Below, piece after piece: positions 55,514-64,000 of a stretch of 64,000 bases of DNA. The notes under the pieces were generated by a model. That model was not told the origin of the DNA, ran no database searches, and saw only the letters and a list, made by a program, of their open reading frames with translations. This DNA comes from Salibacter sp. Its GTDB lineage: Bacteria > Bacteroidota > Bacteroidia > Flavobacteriales_G > Salibacteraceae. How positions within the stretch are numbered: position 1 is the first letter of the stretch; each line of letters begins with the position of its first letter. The position numbers and the translations under genes were made by a program. The stretch is from positions 2,009 to 66,008 of the forward strand of contig NZ_JAVLBN010000003.1 in the NCBI RefSeq assembly GCF_031581065.1, given 5' to 3'.

Positions 55514-58135
55514 ATGAACAACATTAGATTTCTGCTTTTAGCATCCTTAATTTTTATGTCTGCAAACCAAGTGTTTTCTCACTCTGTACAAACATTTTGG
55601 GAAGAAAGGAATAATGGATCTATTCGATTTTGGTTAGAGCATTGGCATGGTCAACCATCCCAAGGTTCACTTTCAAATTTCTACATAGTTGTTGATCAAG
55701 GGTCAGGCAATCAAAATGTCACAGCTACTGGAGCAGTGAACAACACCTCTTTCAGTAATTTACCTGTTCAAGGATCCGTACAAAACCGATCAACCTGTTA
55801 CGCAGCAAATAGTTACAATAACTGGGTTTATTACGATTTTTATCCAGCTTCGTGTAACCAATCTTTGACAATTACATTTGTTGATGGCCCACCTGCTGAG
55901 ACAACACCAGCTTGTAATGGACTTTTTGGTTTCTCAGTAACTAAAACCTTCAATGATAATGCTGCGCCAACTATTGTTGCCAATGATTTAAATGTGAGTA
56001 CATCATCAACGAATTGCTCTTATGTAGCGGGGTCGTTTTCAAATGTTACTGTAACAGATAATTGTGATTCAAATCCTAATGTTTCTTACAGTATTAACAA
56101 TCAGTCAATTAACCCTTCAACTTACCAATTTCCTGTAGGCTCAACAACAGTTGATGTAACAGCATCTGATAATACAGGTGTACCAACTAATAACACTTCA
56201 ACATCATCTTTTAACGTTGTAGTTTCAGACAATATTAGTCCTACCGTCCAGGCGCAAAACATAACTATACAACTCGATTCCAATGGACAGGCTACAATTT
56301 CCACATCAGATGTCGAAAATGGGTCATCCGATAATTGTACAACTCCTACATTAAGTTTAGATAAAACAACTTTTGATTGCAATGATCTAGGTGCAAATAC
56401 GGTTACACTTTCTGCAGATGATGGGAATGGGAATATTTCAGCTGTTTCAGCAACTGTTACAGTATCAGATAGTATAGCACCATCAGCAATTTCTCAGGAT
56501 ATTACAGTATATCTCGATGCAAATGGCCAGGCAAGTATAACAACCAATGATATCGATAACGGATCAAGTGACAATTGCTCGATAAGTAGTATGACACTTG
56601 ACCAAACGAGTTTCACTTGTGCGGATACCGGTCAAAATACGGTTACTTTAACCGTAACAGACGGCAGCAACAATGTGTCAACATCTTCAGCTGTTGTAAC
56701 AGTTGAAGACACAATAGCGCCCAATATCCAAACTCAAAGTGTAACAGTTTACCTCGACAGTTTAGGTCAGGCAAGTACAACAGCTATGAGTATAGATGCT
56801 GGCAGCAGTGATAATTGTGCTATTGACACCATGTTCTTAAGTGAAAGTAACTTTGATTGTTCACACATCGGCACAAACACGGTACAGTTGATTGCTACTG
56901 ATGTTAATGGTAATACTGATTCATCAAGTGCTATTGTAACAGTTGAAGATACTATTGCTCCTGAGGTAATAACTCAGGGTGTAACCCTTTATCTGGATAG
57001 TACAGGAACGGCAGTACTAACGCCATCGGTATTTGATAATGGTTCTAATGATAATTGTTCAATAGACAGTATGAGCTTGAGTCAGGATACATTCACATGC
57101 TCTGATTTAGGCTTACATGTTGTTGATTTACATGCAACAGATCAGAGTGGTAACGGTGCAACATCAAATGCTCTTGTTTCTGTTACAGACACCATAGCTC
57201 CCCTGTTGAGATCTTTCTCCAACATAACAGTTTATCTTGACAGCTCTGGCACTGCCTCAATTGATGCGGGCATGCTCGATAGTAACTCAGTAGATAACTG
57301 TAATTTAGATACTATTTATCTATCTCGTACAACGTTGGCATGTGCTGACCTTGGAAGCACAACAGTAGAGTTAATTGGAAAAGATAGATCGATGAACGAA
57401 TCGCGATTACTGGTAAACATAACTGTAGAGGACACACTTGCTCCTTCGATTGAGTGTCCATCGAGCTTTGATGCATGTGCCGGTATAGTGGACTTCCCAG
57501 ATGCTGTCAGCAACGATAACTGTACCAGTACAGTAACTAATACAGGGAATGTTTTTTCAGGAGACAGTTTAACAGAAGGTGAATATGTAACATCATTTGA
57601 GGCTGTTGATGAAGCGGGCAATGTGGCTAGTTGTACAACAAGTTTTAGTGTCAATGCTATTCCAGAAGTGGATCTTGGAGCAGACACAGCAGTTGGCCCA
57701 GGTCATGTTGTGAGTTTTTCAGTAAATGATACAGTCAGCGAATACCTTTGGAGTACAGGAGATACAACCAGATCTCTTGATCTAAAAGTATTGACAGACA
57801 CAACCGTTTGGATTAGTGTAACTGACAGTAATAGCTGTACAGGATCAGATACAGCAACTGTTACCATTCTCACAGGTATAAAGGGATCTGAAAAAACTCT
57901 TAATGTGAGTGCTTATCCAAACCCAACCAGAGGTGAAGTAAAAGTTGAATTGCTTGGGGTAGAAAATTTGAATTACCATTTAATAGATATGGCAGGAAGA
58001 ATACTCCAAAGCGGTAATATGCAATCGGGTTTAAACCGATTAGATATAAGCAGATATGCAACATCAGTTTATTATCTTCAGCTTCAAAATGAACAAGGAG
58101 AAGGTATAAAGGTTATACGATTGGTTAAGCAATAA
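55514..58135 (+). CDS. Multi-domain cell-surface adhesin-like protein with T9SS C-terminal sorting domain
   Basis: 873 aa. The signal peptide is predicted to be cut ...NQVFS|HSVQ. It has a novel N-terminal domain of about 130 aa, five 80-aa Ig/HYR-like repeats (TV.DTIAP....Q..TVYLD..G.A......D.GS.DNC.I), one HYR-like module, one module shared with the protein at 1-1572, and a CTD (AYPNPTRGEVKVEL...VYYLQLQ). Confidence 0.85.
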   Translation: MNNIRFLLLASLIFMSANQVFSHSVQTFWEERNNGSIRFWLEHWHGQPSQGSLSNFYIVVDQGSGNQNVTATGAVNNTSFSNLPVQGSVQNRSTCYAANSYNNWVYYDFYPASCNQSLTITFVDGPPAETTPACNGLFGFSVTKTFNDNAAPTIVANDLNVSTSSTNCSYVAGSFSNVTVTDNCDSNPNVSYSINNQSINPSTYQFPVGSTTVDVTASDNTGVPTNNTSTSSFNVVVSDNISPTVQAQNITIQLDSNGQATISTSDVENGSSDNCTTPTLSLDKTTFDCNDLGANTVTLSADDGNGNISAVSATVTVSDSIAPSAISQDITVYLDANGQASITTNDIDNGSSDNCSISSMTLDQTSFTCADTGQNTVTLTVTDGSNNVSTSSAVVTVEDTIAPNIQTQSVTVYLDSLGQASTTAMSIDAGSSDNCAIDTMFLSESNFDCSHIGTNTVQLIATDVNGNTDSSSAIVTVEDTIAPEVITQGVTLYLDSTGTAVLTPSVFDNGSNDNCSIDSMSLSQDTFTCSDLGLHVVDLHATDQSGNGATSNALVSVTDTIAPLLRSFSNITVYLDSSGTASIDAGMLDSNSVDNCNLDTIYLSRTTLACADLGSTTVELIGKDRSMNESRLLVNITVEDTLAPSIECPSSFDACAGIVDFPDAVSNDNCTSTVTNTGNVFSGDSLTEGEYVTSFEAVDEAGNVASCTTSFSVNAIPEVDLGADTAVGPGHVVSFSVNDTVSEYLWSTGDTTRSLDLKVLTDTTVWISVTDSNSCTGSDTATVTILTGIKGSEKTLNVSAYPNPTRGEVKVELLGVENLNYHLIDMAGRILQSGNMQSGLNRLDISRYATSVYYLQLQNEQGEGIKVIRLVKQ
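56228..57430 (+). repeat. In-frame 240-nt tandem coding repeats (five units)
   Basis: The GA(C/T)..AT(T/A)(A/G)..CC unit starts at 56228, 56468, 56708, 56948 and 57188 are each 240 nt apart. The next unit starts at 57431. Confidence 0.8.
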
Positions 58136-58140
58136 TTTCC

Positions 58141-58212
58141 AAGGTTTAGTTTAGTTTAACCATGTTTGTTAGGTATAGCAGGCTTGATTTATTTCAAGCC
58201 TGCTTTTTTTTT
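58141..58212 (+). repeat. Copy B of the conserved motif-plus-terminator element, 5 nt after the adhesin stop
   Basis: AAGGTTTAGTTTA (58141-58153), TTGTTAGGT (58166-58174), stem GCAGGCTTGA / TCAAGCCTGC (58178-58203), then T9. Confidence 0.75.
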
Positions 58213-58305
58213 AACTCAGAAGCAATATCCAGTTAATCCAACATCCAGCTAAGTAAAAATCATTCATTTGTTATAAATTCGCCAACTTAAGAATTAATTG
58301 ACAAT

Positions 58306-60375
58306 TTGAAATTTAAGCTAAGCAAAATAAAGCCTCAGGATACTGAGTTTTACGAAATATTATTCAACTATTTCGAAAATCAAGACAATGAGGTGTTTTG
58401 TTTTTTAGCCTTTGATTTAGAAGAATATGTGTTTTCAAACAAAATCAAAAGTCATCTAAATCTAGACAATGAGCAAGTCAAAGCTATACTAAATCAAGGT
58501 ATTGACCCGGTTTATGAGGGTTACGTAGAGAGTCTTGGTAAATTCGGCATTGGAGAAAGAAGGAGATTTCTTCGAGTAGATTTAAATTTGAATCAAGAAA
58601 CTAAACCATTTGTTACAACAAAATTAGTTGACTTTACCCCTATTGGCCTAGATTTTATTTTATTCGTTCTGTTCCCTTCAAAATTGTTCTCACCTAAGAA
58701 AATTAATGAGAATATAATAAAGTTTATATACGAACCCTCTCACTCTGTAGGCTTATTGAATAATGATACAATCACCCTTTCAAACTCAACGAGTTTGAAG
58801 CTTGAAAATGTTAAAGTAAAGACCCAGACAGAGTATAAAGGAAGAAAAATAATCTTTTTTCAAAACCCGAATTCAAACTACCTCAATGAGCTTATTAAAG
58901 ATTTTAGTGAAGTCCTAAAAAGTAGGGACGAACAAATTCATTACAGAGAGTTACTGACAGAGTCTATCTTCTCAGGTTATTGGGATTGGAACATCAAAAC
59001 AAATTATGAGTATCTCAGCCCACAATTCAAAGCTATGTTTGGGTATGATGTTGATGAAATGGAACATTCTCCAGAGTCATGGCAAAAGATCGCTTACAAA
59101 GAAGACTTACCTAAACTATTCGCAGAATTTGAAAAACATGTAGGTTCTAGAGGAGCCAAGCCGTTTTCCTCAATTACAAGATTTTATCATAAAGAAGGAC
59201 ATACTAAATACGTTTTATGTAGCGGGAGGGTTGTTGAGTGGGATGAGGACTGGAAACCAAAAAGAGCAATTGGTACCCATGTCGATTTGACCGAGCAATT
59301 TGAAACTAGAAAAAAACTAGATCAAAAAACAGAGGAAGCGCATAATATTTTTAGTTTTTCAAACTCATTGTTCTTTTTGATTGATAAGGAAGGAGAGATA
59401 GTTTGGAACTCACCTAATATCAAGGAGAAGCTCAAAACTTCTAAAGGTGACTTAACCGGAAAGTCTGTTTTAACACTACTAAATCGAAAATCAGACACAA
59501 TAAGCTCCTTTTTAGAAGATAAAATTGAAATTAAATCTGCACAAAATGAAAGGTGGTATGAAGTCTTTGCAACTGAAATTAGGCAGCACCTAGAAAATGA
59601 GAATGTTGATAGTGCAAAATATTTTTTTCAACTCCAGGATATTACTGAAAGAAAAAAAGCTGAAGAAATTTACAAGAAAAATTTAGAAAAGGAAGAGAAA
59701 ATTATTGAGCAGCAAAAAGTTTTTCTTTCTGCGAGTTCTCATATTTTGAGAACTCCACTTTCTGTAATTAACACCAATATAGAGATTATAAAAGAAAAAC
59801 TTAAAGCTTTAGAACTATCTAATAAGTTCTCTAACATAGAGGTTATTCAAAATCAAGTTAAAAAGATCAATGGTCTGATCTCTGATATGACAGAATATAC
59901 CAATGTTAAAGAAAGAGAAAAGTCAAAAGTTAACGGAGAAGAGTTAATCGACTTAATAGTTGAAGAAGCTAGAGATCATGAAATAGGTTTCTCTGTAGAA
60001 ACAAGGACATCTTTGAAAAATTACTATACTAAGTCAAATAAAGTTAACCTGGCAAACCTATTAAACACTTATTTTACTTTAATAAATGTAGGCGGAGAGC
60101 AAAATCATTCATGTGAAATATACAGGTCAGGAAATGAGTTGTGTGTTGTTTCCCGTGGTGGTTTAATTGAAGGGTTTCACAACATTGTTAAAAAACACTT
60201 TAGTGACGATAGTACTTTTGATATAGATCATATGTCTAGTAAAATAATAGAGTTACAGTTTAAATTTGAATTTTTTATAGAATTGGTCAATATTGAGCTA
60301 TTAAAATTCAATTTTAAAGAGGCTGACGATAACACAATCTCTTATAAATTAGCATTTAATCTATATGAAAACTAG
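58306..60375 (+). CDS. PAS-domain signalling protein with a HisKA-type phosphoacceptor (DHp) region but no recognisable ATPase domain
   Basis: 689 aa with a TTG start in the track. PAS region (IFSGYWDWNIKTNYEYLSPQFKAMFGY...), H-box SASSHILRTPLSVI. The last 190 aa or so lack N, G1 and G2 boxes (no DxGxG, no GxGLG). Confidence 0.65.
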   Translation: MKFKLSKIKPQDTEFYEILFNYFENQDNEVFCFLAFDLEEYVFSNKIKSHLNLDNEQVKAILNQGIDPVYEGYVESLGKFGIGERRRFLRVDLNLNQETKPFVTTKLVDFTPIGLDFILFVLFPSKLFSPKKINENIIKFIYEPSHSVGLLNNDTITLSNSTSLKLENVKVKTQTEYKGRKIIFFQNPNSNYLNELIKDFSEVLKSRDEQIHYRELLTESIFSGYWDWNIKTNYEYLSPQFKAMFGYDVDEMEHSPESWQKIAYKEDLPKLFAEFEKHVGSRGAKPFSSITRFYHKEGHTKYVLCSGRVVEWDEDWKPKRAIGTHVDLTEQFETRKKLDQKTEEAHNIFSFSNSLFFLIDKEGEIVWNSPNIKEKLKTSKGDLTGKSVLTLLNRKSDTISSFLEDKIEIKSAQNERWYEVFATEIRQHLENENVDSAKYFFQLQDITERKKAEEIYKKNLEKEEKIIEQQKVFLSASSHILRTPLSVINTNIEIIKEKLKALELSNKFSNIEVIQNQVKKINGLISDMTEYTNVKEREKSKVNGEELIDLIVEEARDHEIGFSVETRTSLKNYYTKSNKVNLANLLNTYFTLINVGGEQNHSCEIYRSGNELCVVSRGGLIEGFHNIVKKHFSDDSTFDIDHMSSKIIELQFKFEFFIELVNIELLKFNFKEADDNTISYKLAFNLYEN

Positions 60376-61402
60376 AAATATTTTAGTTGTAGAAGACGAA
60401 CTGGATCTTTTAAACTCTATTAGAGATATATTAGAACTCAAAGGTTATCACGTATTTGACTTTTCAAACCCACAAAGTGCTCTAAATTATATCAACGAAA
60501 ACAAAAATCAAATTGATCTCATTTTAAGTGATATAATGATGCCTGAAATGAGTGGTTTTGAATTTTTGAGAGAAATAAGATCTAATTCTGAGCTCGATCT
60601 TATTCCATTTGTTTTCCTAACTGCTAAAATTAAAGAGGACGATGTAAGGTACGGCTTTGCCCTGGGTGCTGATGATTACTTAAAAAAACCATTCGAGATT
60701 TCCATTTTATCAAATTCTATTTCTGCACAGCTAAAGAAAAGAGATTCTTTTTTAGCGCTACTTGAGGAGAATAGTAAAAAAGTAAAAGTAGCTACAAACA
60801 CATTTGATCAATTGTCCTTTTTTAACAGTCATCTTTTACGTGCACCTTTAGCTAATATTTCAACTATTTTAGAAGAAAAGAACTCTTTAAACGAAGAAGA
60901 AACACAGTACATTAAAGGACAAGCAAAGAGAATTGACAGGGCTGTCATGTTATTGACCTCTAAAATGAGCAGGTTCAAAGGTGAAATGGATTACCAGGTC
61001 AAAAAATTACCTGACTTCAACTTACTTGAGGAAGTAGTTTTTGTAGACGATGACAACTTCCAGTTACAACATATTAAAATGTTGTTTGAAAGGTTTTTTC
61101 CTCACATAAAACTCAGTAGTTTTTCAAACCCTCTTGAAGTGATCAACATTAAAGATGAACCCCAATTGCTAATTACAGATATTAACATGCCTGAAATGTC
61201 AGGTTTTGAGCTTTTAGAGACCCTTTCTTCCAAGGGATTTCATCCACCTACAGTAATACTTACAAGCAGTATTGACTTAAATGATTTGGAAAAAGCTATG
61301 TCATTTGAGAATGTTTTTCAATTCTTAAGAAAACCATTTACGCCTACTGATTTTGAAAAGGCTTTTATCAATAATAAAGGTGAGCCAGGAAGCATCTCAT
61401 AA
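60365..61402 (+). CDS. Dual receiver protein: REC - DHp-like H-box segment - REC
   Basis: 345 aa. REC1 has VVEDE...LILSDIMMPEMSG...DYLKKPF, the central segment has NSHLLRAPLANI, and REC2 has VFVDDD...LLITDINMPEMSG...FLRKPF. It overlaps the upstream gene by 11 nt. Confidence 0.7.
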   Translation: MKTRNILVVEDELDLLNSIRDILELKGYHVFDFSNPQSALNYINENKNQIDLILSDIMMPEMSGFEFLREIRSNSELDLIPFVFLTAKIKEDDVRYGFALGADDYLKKPFEISILSNSISAQLKKRDSFLALLEENSKKVKVATNTFDQLSFFNSHLLRAPLANISTILEEKNSLNEEETQYIKGQAKRIDRAVMLLTSKMSRFKGEMDYQVKKLPDFNLLEEVVFVDDDNFQLQHIKMLFERFFPHIKLSSFSNPLEVINIKDEPQLLITDINMPEMSGFELLETLSSKGFHPPTVILTSSIDLNDLEKAMSFENVFQFLRKPFTPTDFEKAFINNKGEPGSIS

Positions 61403-61405
61403 AGA

Positions 61406-63601
61406 CTATCTATCTTTAAAGACTACAAAGGATGAGGTACCCTTGTTAACATTTGATTCTATCATAATTCCAGCATCTTGCATGTTAGCTGCTTTTTTAC
61501 AGATCAAAAGCCCTAATCCGGTACCTTCATAATTTTTCGTGTTAGACCCTCTAAAAAAAGGTTTAAAAAGTGAAGCTTTATCTTTTTCGGGTATTCCTAT
61601 TCCATTATCTGTAACACTTAATTTGATGAATTTCTCTTCTTTTTTGCAGTTTATTTTAACTTCACCTGTGGAATATTTTAACGAGTTGTCAATGAAGTTT
61701 GTAAGGATTGTGGTTGTTAAATCAATATCCATTCTAACTTTTACATCAATACATAAGTCGAACTTGAGGCGCTTAAACTGATCCTCGTTGTTGTGATAAT
61801 AACTCTTTAGTGATTGCTCTAATTTTTTTAATGGAATTTTTTTCAAATGTGAAGCTCTGAAGTTATCGCTGTCCAACTTACTATTCTCTAAAAGGTTGGC
61901 AATTATGTCGAGAAGTTTATTCAGCTGTTTTTTTATTCGTAAAAAGTATTTGCTTTTGTCAATGTTTTTGAAAGATGAATTGAGTAATTCAAGGTTCGTT
62001 AAGATAGTTGAAATAGGGGTTTTAAGCTGATGACTTCCCATATCAATTATGGACTTCTCTAAATTGATTAACTCTTGTGATTTACGAAGCACCTCCACTT
62101 TTTCTTTTTCGAGTTCTCTTCTCTTCGAGATGTCCCTGGATGTTGAAACTATTTCGATTAGCCTCCCATCTTCATATATTCCTTTAGCATTAGTTTCAAG
62201 AATTATTTTATCACCATTTTTTCTAAACATTTCAATCTCACCTTCATAATGCGTGATCTCTTTATTTATCAATTTGACTAGTAAAGAATCTAATACTTCT
62301 CTTTTTTGTGTCGAAGTGGTCATTTCAAATGGATTTTTACCAATCAGCTCTTCCGGTTCATAACCTAGTACATTTTTGACTGATGCTCCAATAAACTTTA
62401 TCTTTACATTCGGTTTATGTATACATATAATATCAGAATTATATTTAGAAATAGAGTTCAATAATTTTGATTGATAATCTTTTTCTCTATTAAGCTTGAA
62501 CTCTTTAGTGATATCAATAAGTATGATCTCAAAGCTATTACCAGTTTTAGATTCAAACTTGTCTGCATATACTTGTAGCCATTTGTTGTCAGTTTTTGAT
62601 TTGGCTTTGAATTTAATTCTTTCGTGATGAGAGTTATTTTCAAAGAATTTGCAAATCTTATCCTTATCAAAGTCTGTTATTAAATCCTTTAACTTGCCTC
62701 CTTCAAGTTCAGAATTATTTAGAATTTTATAAGCTCCTCTGTTGGCATAGTTGATTGTACAGTTTTTATCTAATTGAAGAAGCCCAACTGATGTAGTTTC
62801 GATTAATCTTTGATATTTCTTACGGAGATTTTCTTCTCTTTCTTTAGAGTTTCTCAACTCAGTTACATTTTCAGAAACTGCAAAAATCATTCTTTCACCC
62901 CGGAAATTGAAAGGCGATTTAGTTGTGCGGTATATGCGATTTTCTCCCTTGTAGGTGGTGAAATCCTCATACTTGGTTAACGACTTATTTTTGTTCAGAA
63001 CCTCTCTTTCAAAGCTATCAAATTGATCCAGTTCACTTTTAACTTTATGAACTTCACTGTTATTGAAATTTTCTATTTCTTCTTTATCTTTTCCAAACAG
63101 ATCAGCAACAGCTTGATTTACTTTTATAAAGTCACCATTTGAATTCTTGACAAAAATCAAAGATGGACTTAGATCAAAAATGTTGTTTAAAAATTGAGCA
63201 GTTTCCCTCTGCAGTTTATAATTTCTGTGTTCCTCATCAACGTTTCTCATTAAGCCAACGACATATACAGGCTTATTATTCTCGAATTTTGCCTTACCCT
63301 GGTGTTCAGTATAAATGATGGTTCCATCTTTTTTGACCATCCTGTATATTGTCTTCTCAAAATAATCTGTATGTTTTTTTAAATGCTCATTGACGGGCTT
63401 TAAGGCTTTTTCTAAATCTTCAGGTAGAACATGTGATTCGTATGTCTTAAAAGTAGTATCGAGCTCTGAGGAATCCTCATATCCCAGTAGTTGACCCCAG
63501 CTCTTAGAATAATAAACTGTGTCTGTACACAAATCCCACTTCCATATTCCAATATTTTGTTTTTCAGTTAGCAGATCAAACAATTCTTTTTCGTAAAGCA
63601 T
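61406..63601 (-). CDS. Multi-PAS sensor histidine kinase (complete HisKA + HATPase_c)
   Basis: 731 aa with about four PAS modules. H-box GSHQLKTPISTI, N box NFIDNSLKYS, G1 TDNGIGIP, G2 GTGLGLLICKK. Confidence 0.85.
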   Translation of the reverse strand: MLYEKELFDLLTEKQNIGIWKWDLCTDTVYYSKSWGQLLGYEDSSELDTTFKTYESHVLPEDLEKALKPVNEHLKKHTDYFEKTIYRMVKKDGTIIYTEHQGKAKFENNKPVYVVGLMRNVDEEHRNYKLQRETAQFLNNIFDLSPSLIFVKNSNGDFIKVNQAVADLFGKDKEEIENFNNSEVHKVKSELDQFDSFEREVLNKNKSLTKYEDFTTYKGENRIYRTTKSPFNFRGERMIFAVSENVTELRNSKEREENLRKKYQRLIETTSVGLLQLDKNCTINYANRGAYKILNNSELEGGKLKDLITDFDKDKICKFFENNSHHERIKFKAKSKTDNKWLQVYADKFESKTGNSFEIILIDITKEFKLNREKDYQSKLLNSISKYNSDIICIHKPNVKIKFIGASVKNVLGYEPEELIGKNPFEMTTSTQKREVLDSLLVKLINKEITHYEGEIEMFRKNGDKIILETNAKGIYEDGRLIEIVSTSRDISKRRELEKEKVEVLRKSQELINLEKSIIDMGSHQLKTPISTILTNLELLNSSFKNIDKSKYFLRIKKQLNKLLDIIANLLENSKLDSDNFRASHLKKIPLKKLEQSLKSYYHNNEDQFKRLKFDLCIDVKVRMDIDLTTTILTNFIDNSLKYSTGEVKINCKKEEKFIKLSVTDNGIGIPEKDKASLFKPFFRGSNTKNYEGTGLGLLICKKAANMQDAGIMIESNVNKGTSSFVVFKDR

Positions 63602-63607
63602 ATTAAA

Positions 63608-64000
63608 TCAATTTTTTTGGCTAAACTTCTTCGGTGAAACTCTGTATTTGTCCTTAAAGCACTTTGAAAAATAAGATAGCGAGTTATACCCTACCATTGA
63701 GCTTATTTCTGAAATAGTGTTTGAATTCTGCTTAATCAAATGTGCAGCTCTCTCCAATTTAAAATTGTTTATAAACTCAGAGTAGTTTTGACCTGTTACG
63801 CGTTTAATTTTTTTCTGAACAGCTGAAGGGCTCAGATTTAGTAAGTTCGCCATTTTTTCCAATCCAAAGTCAGAGTCACCACTATGCTTTTGCACTTGAT
63901 TTTTAACTTCTTCAAGAAATGAGATGTCCTTATCTTTATGGTATTCGTGATCAGGAGTTTGAATTATCTTTTTTATTTGACCCCTTTTTCTTTCTATGAT
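63608..64000 (-). CDS. AraC-family HTH domain protein; N-terminus lies beyond the window end
   Basis: The frame is open to base 64000, and the track start at 63895 is an internal GTG. The C-terminal HTH_18-like region is LEKMANLLNLSPSAVQKKIKRVTGQNYSEFINNFKLERAAHLI...GYNSLSYFSKCFKDKY. Confidence 0.75.
   Translation of the reverse strand: MIERKRGQIKKIIQTPDHEYHKDKDISFLEEVKNQVQKHSGDSDFGLEKMANLLNLSPSAVQKKIKRVTGQNYSEFINNFKLERAAHLIKQNSNTISEISSMVGYNSLSYFSKCFKDKYRVSPKKFSQKN

Overview
This 64-kb chromosomal segment reads like a Bacteroidota (Flavobacteriales-type) genome. Three proteins end in type IX secretion (T9SS) C-terminal sorting domains. The gene neighbourhoods panD-panC / short glycogen synthase / DUF4270-like / glmS, plus DUF4837-like and DUF4292-like lipoproteins, are typical of that phylum. 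About 50 CDS are supportable, mostly housekeeping: dut, queA, gatA, tatA, rseP, gpsA, radA, panD, panC, glmS, lspA, ileS, envelope enzymes and transporters. I found no rRNA, tRNA, CRISPR array, transposase or integrase. Five things deserve a second look. (1) The DNA word GGTTCTGAC(C) (family GGNTCTGACC) occurs at least 20 times against about 0.5 expected. It sits on both strands and is translated in five different reading frames in unrelated proteins. It also forms an inverted-pair terminator. This is a DNA-level genomic signal of the uptake-sequence / Chi class. It is absent from the AT-rich blocks. (2) An AT-rich cluster at 43.7-49.5 kb has the logic of a chaperone-usher-like surface-fibre pathway: a PapD-like chaperone candidate, two paralogous pilin-like subunits and a 1006-aa usher-sized protein. 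That is unusual for this phylum. (3) An AT-rich block at 54.1-64 kb starts with a 1.4-kb ORF-free leader, followed by a T9SS adhesin whose mature N-terminus is His. It also holds a signalling cluster with two phosphoacceptor (DHp) proteins that lack an ATPase domain, next to a complete PAS kinase and an AraC-type regulator. (4) A CysO/Mec/MoeZ-type sulfur-carrier cysteine-synthase operon encodes a carrier ending GG-KS. (5) Several repeated non-coding elements are present: REP-like palindromes, a 31-nt direct repeat bracketing one T9SS cargo gene, and a duplicated 3' element. All calls come from reading the sequence and the ORF track. No database search was run.
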